DNA of 64,000 nt, from contig NC_092670.1 of the NCBI RefSeq assembly GCF_964355755.1, forward strand, positions 21,190,795-21,254,794, in the 5' to 3' direction. Origin of the DNA: Antedon mediterranea. Its lineage: Eukaryota > Animalia > Echinodermata. Numbering within the stretch: the stretch's first letter is position 1; each line of letters starts with the position of its first letter. The position numbers and the translations under genes are program-made. The notes below the pieces were generated by a model that was not told the DNA's origin, did not search any database, and worked only from the letters and a program-made list of their open reading frames with translations. Positions 55,746-64,000 of the stretch are shown in pieces.

Positions 55746-57352
55746 CATGGATTAAAGAATAGAAGGATATGCATCGACGTGAGATCAAGGGTTCCTTGAC
55801 TCTCGCCGACAGACCGCGGACCGCCCACAATGTTACAATTTAATTAACCGCATGGTAACAACGAAACGGTCGCGTGCCTAATATTATATTGTTTACTGCA
55901 CATGTGCAACGACATTTAACCTTGTTGACTACGCTTCTTTCGCGCGTTCTTTGTTGCACTGTATGTATTCATACATATTTGAACAGTATAATCAGTGGCG
56001 TAACGGCTATGTGCGCTCACTGGCTAAACCGAAGCTTGGGGCCCATGAGCAGTGCCCAGAGGAACAGGCATAAAATATGTCGAAAAATGCTAAAAACGTC
56101 CAAGGCCTCGATCTTTGAAACTTGGAGGGCCACTTAGGTTTCCTAAACAAGTGGCTTCAGGCCTCTGCCTCACGCCCGGGCCTCACGCCACTAGTTATTA
56201 AATGACATTGTATGTTATTGTGAAGACCCTAGTGTAGGCCTACTTCATCAATATACCAGATAAAAACAATACTATATTGTTATTGGCTTAGAATTGTAGA
56301 TGCTATAATTGTAATTAGTATAGGTTTCTGCCGCGATTGATCTACGCTAATGTTTTTATGACATTAAAGTAGCATTTTATGACCTGTAGTAGCCCTACAT
56401 CTGAGACAATAACTATTTATTTGTTGTCTCAGCCTACATACATGTAAAATTACAAAATCAGCAAGGATACTAGGCCTAGGCCTTCTAGGCTTACTAGTAA
56501 ACCATATGATTTGCCGACATTGATGCTGCCTAGGTAGGCCTAGGCTAATCTTAAGTGTAGTAGATACAACGTGTAATCATGATCTATATACTCACCGTTG
56601 TCTTACTTCTTGTGTGAATAATAATAGGTACTTCGTTTGTTCGTGATTAAGTTTGCCCTGCGTGTACTTTTCAAAACGACCGCTAGGTAACGAATCGCAA
56701 CTATACATAGCCAGCCAATCCCGGATCAGGGATCGCTGTTTTCATTCAATTAGACCCGGTGATTGGATGTGATGTGGATGACATAACCACTAGCCAATCA
56801 CCAGGCACTACAATTTAAATATAATCACATCGATAATTAAGGAGATTTACACGATTGTTGTATGGGTGAATACCGGCCACGCTAACAACATACATGGTCA
56901 AATGCATAATTTAATATTCTATAGATTAACGCAATTTTTAATGACAGAAGATGGCAGGCAAATAATGATAATTCAAATATAAAAATTGCATATTTTATTA
57001 ATGTTACCAACTACTTAAAATTACCAGTCGTAAGAAAGTGAACTTTTCGTAGTCCGATTGTGATGTAACTAAAACAGAATTATTCAGCAATATATTTTTG
57101 TTGTCAATTAATCATCGACGCAGACATGTCAATAGAACATTCAGACTGCGCATACGATTTCTACATGGTTACGTTTTGGTCTCAAAAAATGTAACAGTTG
57201 ATTCGCAGCGTTTTACAGAGGGCCGCGGTTAAAGACACGGAGTTCAATGAGCGTGTTTGTTTGATTGGCAGCAGTGCTTTAGTATAGGCAAGCGCGTTGT
57301 AAAATCGTTTGATGTCACCGTTGATGCATATCCTTCTATTCTTTAATCCATG
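55746..57352. mobile_element. P-superfamily-like non-autonomous element with 7-bp TSD
   Basis: 30-bp perfect TIR catggattaaagaatagaaggatatgcatc; gttaacg at 55739-55745 and 57353-57359. A small nested cagtggcgt...acgccacta element lies at ~55993-56193. Confidence 0.85.
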
Positions 57353-57749
57353 GTTAACGTGAATAACTATTATGTGACAATAAAATGACACATTCAAAAA
57401 CAAATTTGGGACAATATATCTTTAAAACTGTTACGTCAATATGCGAACAGCGTTTTTTGTAAGAAATATTTCTTGTACTATAATAATATAAAAGCAAATA
57501 ATGATGAGGGAAAAAAGTCTTAATATTTTGAGCTGGAGTACTGTCACATCAATGGCTTAATATGATTTTAAATATATATTCAAATATTTGATATATTTTA
57601 CACACAATTTACAGTACTGTATTCTGAATGTTATGTGTTGTAATATTGATAATAATGTTTTAATTGGTCTTTTTTCACATTACTTTTGAATGGCATTTTC
57701 TATCTACTTCACAAAAAATATAATAATCTCTCCTAAACTTTCTCGGGTT

Positions 57750-58230
57750 CACAACGAGCCAATCAACAAGGTGGCTCCATCAAGTACGTCACACAGTCAA
57801 TCTGAGGTCTAAATATATAAATAACGTAATGTATGTTTATGAATATTGACCAATCACCGTTACCCTTTCACGTGAACGCGATCAATGTCGTAACAATCCA
57901 CCAATAGGAAGCAAGTTTTAATTGCAAATTTATTTGGCTGATGCAATACAAAATGGTCGTCATCAAATTATTTATAACTTTACGCGTAAAGAAAGTAACA
58001 CATTTTTAAACATTATACTTTAAAATAATCAAAAATATTACCTTTTTACTACACAATTAAATTTAATTTTCGGCACTAACTGGTTTACAATATTTAAAAA
58101 GCGGTAACGTTTGTGGTTTTTATAAACAATTGTTTGCGGATGGATATTACTTTTTGCATGAATTAGTGTTATTAGGCCAATACACGTTTTGCTTCCGGAG
58201 AGTTTCGCGCAATATCGTCAATTTCATTTC
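57750..58230 (+). promoter_or_regulatory. ATF4 promoter region
   Basis: CCAAT at ~57759, 57850, 57901 and 58176; CACGTG 57869; TGATGCAAT 57939-57947; ETS-like cttccgg ~58192. Confidence 0.65.
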
Positions 58231-58276
58231 CACCACTATCAAAGAAAGAAGTACGTCTGTTTGCTCAAAGGGCAAA

Positions 58277-58288
58277 ATGGAGTTTTAA
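58277..58288 (+). promoter_or_regulatory. ATF4 uORF1 (Met-Glu-Phe-stop)
   Basis: aaaATGG context; ATG GAG TTT TAA. Confidence 0.85.
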
Positions 58289-58336
58289 TTCGTAATCACC
58301 CGCCAGGCATATCAAACATACGGTGCACCAGTCACC

Positions 58337-58726
58337 ATGGCGTAAGTAGCATATTATAATTAATTAAAATTTTGATAATTTTTAGGCGTTTTATTTATGT
58401 GTTTGCGGTGAAGTTTAGGGCCAGTGAGTGTGGTGGGTGGATTTTTTGTTTTGAGTGAACGACGACGTGGCAAATACCGAATTTGCATTTTTTTGCATGC
58501 ATCCGTGTCGTGCATAGCCTATGATGGGCGCGCCCTATCTTGTATTAAAATAATAATAACACTTGTTTTTAAATTCTTTCATAGACAATTCAAAATGGAA
58601 ACCAAACCGCTAAAGCAGAAAGAATACAAATCATTTGAAAAAGATGAATACGACTATGGATTTCAGCGAGCAATGGATCTGGGATCTGGAGGAGCCCGAG
58701 CTCTTCTCTTCCCTCCCACTCCTTGA
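58337..58726 (+). promoter_or_regulatory. ATF4 uORF2 (spliced, 48 aa), overlapping the main ORF out of frame
   Basis: accATGGC|gtaagt (58337-58341) joined to catag|A at 58585 gives MAQFKMETKPLKQKEY...PPTP-stop at 58724-58726, past the main ATG. Confidence 0.85.
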
Positions 58727-59724
58727 TCAAAAGGCTCATACAGACATCCACAATGCTGTGGAAGATTCTGATCTGATCAATTCAACAGGAAGCCTCTTGG
58801 ATCAACTGGAAAATGCTACATTTTCTACAGGTAATATTCCTGGAAAAATAATAAAATAAGGCCCAGACCAACATAAAAATAGTGAAATATATTTATGAGT
58901 AGTGTAGTGACCAATTCTCGTAAGTGATTATGTTTTGTCTTACAGATAAAGAGTTGTTTCCCGATTGGATGTCTGAAAAAATGAGCCTAAATTTCTTAGA
59001 AGATATTCAGGAGCTGTCTAACGTAGATTCAGATGAGCCACTTCCGGTTTCAAGCTTGCTTCCTCTGGAAAACGCCCTAGAGGAAGAAGAAAATGCAGTA
59101 GATGATGAGAAATCGGAACTTACAGATCTCGAAATTCTTAACCAACTGGTTGCTTATTCAGCCAACATCCAACCTGTTGAAGGAGGCAGCACAGTAGTGG
59201 AGGATTCAATGACTGTCGATCAGGAATTTTGGGATGCTCTGAGTGCGACATCTGGCCTACCCAGCCCTGCTTCATCTGATGATGCGTCATTATCCCCACA
59301 ATCTCCTGTATCCTCCGAAGACACTGATGATGTTTTTGTGTTAAGATCCCCTGTAGTTGACACTTTGACTGTAATACCAACTGTAACTGTAGATCCCCTT
59401 CCATCCGTAGACACTAAATTAGTCAAAACATCTCCAAAATCAAAAGCTAGGTCAGTCCTTAAGACTGCGCATGGCACCGTTAAACCTTCCAGAAGAGAAC
59501 GAAAAAAGGACCAGAACAAACAGGCGGCCACTCGTTACCGTGAAAAGAAGCGAACTGAGACAATGGCCATCAGAAGCGAGGTCGAGGAGTTAGAAAATCG
59601 CAATACAGAGTTAAAAGACACCGTAGAATCGATGACAAAAGAAATTAAATATTTGAAAGATTTATTACAAGAGGTTTTAACAGTAAAGGGTCAGTTAAAG
59701 GAGATGGGACATTCAAAGGCTTAA
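58644..59724 (+). CDS. ATF4: ATF4/ATF5-family bZIP transcription factor, ~321 aa
   Basis: Exons 58644-58830 and 58946-59724 (phase 1); alternative in-frame ATG at 58656. Family motif DWMSEK, acidic N-terminus, basic region KKDQNKQAATRYREKKR and zipper ending KEIKYLKDLL. Confidence 0.93.
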
Positions 59725-60159
59725 GGGAAAGACATACCTATTAATGTACATAAAATGTAAATACAGCAAGACCCTGTAAAAAAAAGAGTATAGTTTATAT
59801 TAAACACAAGACATTTTCAAGCTCTATTTTAGAGTAGCCTTTTGTACAAAATGACCATAAATCAAGTACAGTACAAGTAATATCTTTTTTGTTCAAATTA
59901 GTTATCTCCTTTTGTACAAAATTAGCACAAACCAATTTTTAATGAAGTACAGTACATCTAAATTATCTAAAATTGTATGCACTATTAATAAATGATTGTA
60001 AAATATAGTACATAAAATAAGTCGAATTGTTTTTTGTTTTTGTTGTCTTTTAAACTTCTGAAATTGGTAGTAGCTGATACAGTATTAGAAGATAATGATG
60101 TGGAAATTGTACACAGTATGCTGTATACCTTGCATATATGTCCTAGTACACTTTGGAAA

Positions 60160-60520
60160 ATACCTCGTAGATGGCGGCAGACCATTTGTATCAAAGACCT
60201 TCACGCGCAAAAAAACCGGAAGTCTTACTTCAACGAGTGATAGCGGGCAGCAGACCGTTTTTCATTTTGTTGGCGGCACCCGCTGCGCGTACCACCTGAT
60301 TCGGAAGTGCGACATTCATACGCGCGTGTGGCAACTTCCGCTTTAGCGCGTGTGCAGAGCCGGACGCGTAAAAATACGCTCTAGAATCCGAATATAAATA
60401 ATTGGTTTTTGTCATTGACTTACTGTAATTAATTACAGTAAAAATAGTCAATTATCTAATGTACACCTCCTACTAAGAATTACAACAGCACAACATTTTT
60501 TCGCGCCGCGGCTCTAGCCA
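60160..60520. promoter_or_regulatory. CpG-rich promoter-like island downstream of ATF4; target gene not identified
   Basis: Three ETS motifs (ccggaagt ~60216, cggaagtg ~60302, acttccg ~60334), agatggcgg ~60169 and many CpGs in AT-rich surroundings. Confidence 0.55.
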
Positions 60521-61386
60521 GCTATGTCCCAGGAGGACACATTCATTAATAAGCTGTTTCATAGCGGTAGCTTTAGTATCTAAGGCTGACAGTTTTGTGA
60601 ATTTGGAAACTCGACTATAATTTATAGGTAGCTGCTGGACCCAAAAAACGTCTGGGAGAAGAGAGTCTATATGAAAGCCTTTGCTGATAATACAGTATTA
60701 TTGAGATGTAGACGGAAATCTGTAAAATCTTGATCAATAAATAATAACTTCGTTTTTGCTGTCAACCAGGCCGGTATTATAATAAGTCACTGTCAAATAA
60801 TCATTCGATAATGGTCAAAACTTTATTTTGGCTCTGTCAACATAAAGGGAGGTATTTACAATGACTTTCTTTGACTGTCAATCTAGGCCAATGTTATAAT
60901 AATACGCCGTCAGATATTAAATCATTGAAACAGTCCTCGTAAATTTTTTGTTGGTTATCAGATGCCGTGGGGGGTCCAATCAATTATCGTCAGAAGGTGA
61001 ACAATCAGTCTAGGTAGCAGCAGCAGATTATTAGGAACGCCTGCTCCATTAATTAATCCAGAAAAAGGTTTGTACATTATCTATTTGTTTATTAGCCTTC
61101 TCCTAACACAATTATATTTTCTTTAAAAAAAAGGTTTTATAAGTGGTTTCAACATTTATGATGGTAATGTCACAGTTCTGTGTCTGGACGCAAGTTCATA
61201 GACCTACTAGTTATATTATTCATATTAACTGATACTTACTCTTCATTTACCGTAAAGTTCAGTTTTAATGAAATATATAATATAAATTGGCTTCGTAACA
61301 ATTAATTAGTTTTGAAAAGGTTAGTTCTTTGGTGATAGGTGAAAATGACATGTAACTTCGTAATCAATTTATTTTTTTTTGTATAA

Positions 61387-61747
61387 AGGCCCAATTACAC
61401 TATGACGATAACGACGGACGATAAATATATAGCATGCATTTTTTTTACATAAACCAAAAGAAATTAGAAAGGTTTTCGTTCTAGACCTATAGGATAATCA
61501 TTTATGCTGTCTTTGATAAAAATAATGTTTTTCAAATTCCAATCAAATGACGTCATGATAAATAAAAACAATAAAATCACTGTATTGTCACGATATTATT
61601 GGTCTTACTAATCATGACATCATTTGATTGGACGTGTGAAAATATAATTTTCATCAAAGGAATTGTTTATATTTCTTTTGGTTTATGTATTAAAAATGCA
61701 CATTTGTCTATTTATCGTCGATCGTTATCGTCCTAGTGTATGGGCCT
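61387..61747. mobile_element. ~360-bp MITE (Harbinger-like)
   Basis: aggcccaattacactatgacgataacg ... cgttatcgtcctagtgtatgggcct; partly palindromic interior. Confidence 0.7.
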
Positions 61748-62044
61748 TATGCTGTAAATGTTCAATTAATTGATCATTCCGATTTTATTAGTTGGACTCT
61801 TGCACAGTTGCTGTCTAATCGTTGTTGTGTAATATCATTTCGAACCATATTAAAATCATAAAGAGATTCATATTCCTTAACATGTGGCTGTGCATGGAAG
61901 TCTGGTCTACACAAACTCGGCCCCGGGCCTGAAAGTGTTGGTGAATTCATAATTATACTTAATATTATATTTATATATATATATATATATAATTATATTA
62001 TTATACAATTGAAAGCAAAACCCGTTGAATCTCAAATCATTAGG

Positions 62045-63200
62045 ACTAGAAATTTGGCTTATCAATCAAATAAATACTTTCGTTCAAAATGAAACTCCAA
62101 CCTCTCTAATCAAAAGATTGAACTCGAAAACGGACCGTTTTTTTTAATTGGGTATGTTGAAACATTTCAATATTCATTTAAAAAAGTACATTAATTATGG
62201 TATTGATCAGTGGCTATAGAGGCGTAAAAACCCTCGGTCAATATCATGTAAAATGCACTGTGGAAGGGTCATTATTAAGACTGCAAAATTGGGCTTATCA
62301 ACAAATAAATACTTTCGTTCAAAATGTAAAATCAAGGCTGAAAAATTGGGCTTATCAACAACAAAATATTTTATTATTAGACGCGATAACATCAAGGATA
62401 ATCAGTATAATTATTAATATAGCCACTGTTACTAGTTTTATTCTACATGCTAAAGTAAATAAAAATCCACTAGAAAACAAGCAAGTCTGAATGTTATGCT
62501 TATTTAATATTAGCCATGTTATGTTTGTTACTGTAGGCCTATGATTGTTTGCAATGTCCACATATTATTTCCGTGGGCATATCCATAGTGTATCACTCAC
62601 AAAAAAGACGTGTGAGGTTCTTTCTTTAGATTTTGAAGAATGATTTGTGTTACAGGTTGACACAAGAGTCAAATGCTCAAGATATCGGCTAACGCCATGG
62701 GACCCTTGGCTTATCAATGAATAATAAATACAGTACTACTTTCGTTCAATTGAAATCGGAATCTGACCGTTTCATTAAATTGGGTGTGATTAGGCCTAAA
62801 CATATAATAATTTATTAAAAAGGTACAATAAAAACAAATGCATCAGAGGCGTAAAGAACCCACGGTCAATATCATGTAAAATGTATATGGTATAAGTACT
62901 GTGGAAGGGGTCATTATTATTAAACTGGAAAATTCGGCTTATCAACAAATAAATACTTTCGTTTAAAATGTAAAATAAGACTGCAAAATTGGGCTTATCA
63001 ACAAATAAATACTTTCGTTCAAAATGTAAAATAAGACTGCACAATTGGGCTTATCAACAAATAAAATACTTTTTTTTTCAAAATGTAAAATTAAGACTGG
63101 AAAATTGAGCTTATAAACAAATAAATACTTTTTTTCAAAATGTAAAATTAAGACTGGAAAATTGGGCTTATAAACAAATAAATACTTCCGTTCAAAATGG
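62045..63200 (+). repeat. Degenerate ~57-62-bp tandem repeat within a locally duplicated block
   Basis: aaattgggcttatcaacaaataaatactttcgttcaaaatgtaaaataagactg recurs at 62050, 62286, 62343 and 62930-63200. Sequence 62215-62290 is similar to 62845-62930. Confidence 0.75.
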
Positions 63201-64000
63201 AAGAAAACTTTTTTTAAATATAATCCTTAAGCTCTGTCTATACTATCAAACTAAATATGATGTGCCCATATTATATAGACATGATGATGTCATATCACTA
63301 CGATAATCGGGCATATCACTACCATATTTGGGCACATCACACTTTTTTTGTTAAACTAGTTGGGACAGTGTAGACACAGAACTATGTGATCGAAACATAA
63401 GTCGGAATTGGACTGACGCGATTGATTTAATTGGGTATTTTTATTAATGTAATGATTCATTAAAAATAATACCGATACGCGTTTGGTATTGATCAATGGT
63501 GCAAAAAACCCTGAGAAATAATGTTACAACGCGATTTGGTGATAGCTTAGCAATAATACAACCCATATACTATTATTATAAATACCTATTACAAATCCAT
63601 TCATATAACTTTTCATCGCGAACCGAAAATGTATAAATGTTATTCTACAGACAGTAATTATATATTCAAAAGCCATATTATTATTATTATCAATACCTAA
63701 ATGCGATAGTAATAAGCACATACATTATTCCCAATACAAGTTTGTGCGTTTAATTCTAGAAAGAAACCACTGTGCTGACAGGCCAATGACATAAATCACA
63801 AGTAAAGTCCCAATTGTTCACTTGCGTTTTGATTGGCCGACCTGTTATATTAGATTAATGAAGACTGTTCTTACAACTGTCCAGTCAAAAAGTTACGCGG
63901 CGTTTTTTGTAAGAAATATTTCTTGTTTAATAATAAATTTTATTGAAAATATTCCTTTAACACACACACACGTGGGCTGTATATAAAACAATACTAAGTA

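Noticed and set aside
58424-58584. ORF-track 100-aa ORF starting at 58424
   Set aside because: Its 5' part is intron; only 58585-58726 is meaningful, as uORF2.
59138-59531. Antisense ORFs over ATF4 (and similar ones over unk exons)
   Set aside because: Shadow frames of real coding exons.
60163-60180. CTCF-like motif cctcgtagatggcggc
   Set aside because: Only a partial match and it overlaps a YY1-like motif; not supportable without a PWM scan.

Overview
Eukaryotic, AT-rich, intron-containing animal DNA. An invertebrate deuterostome such as an echinoderm is my inference from gene structure and repeat content, not an identification. Bases 1-11480 are a 182-bp satellite array that flips orientation at ~5460. 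Five protein-coding genes follow, with exons rebuilt by hand from GT-AG sites and reading phase: a UQCC4/C16orf91 (CCSMST1)-like mitochondrial gene (+), histone H3.3 (-), a TRAF6-like RING/zinc-finger/coiled-coil gene that appears to lack the MATH domain (-), unkempt (+, 14 coding exons) and ATF4 (+). Introns and intergenic DNA are dense in non-autonomous DNA transposons, several nested and several with readable target-site duplications (TSDs). Highlights: (1) the order UQCC4> <H3.3 ... unk> joins two linkages found separately in human (H3-3B/UNK and C16orf91/UNKL); (2) ATF4 has a complete 3-codon uORF1 plus overlapping uORF2 leader and an upstream C/EBP-ATF element; (3) the MATH-less TRAF lies head-to-head with unk across a region with kB, CLEAR and CRE motifs and a transposon carrying ~20 C/EBP palindromes; (4) the satellite is a diverged fold-back palindrome ending just upstream of UQCC4. 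All calls were made by eye, with no database searches.
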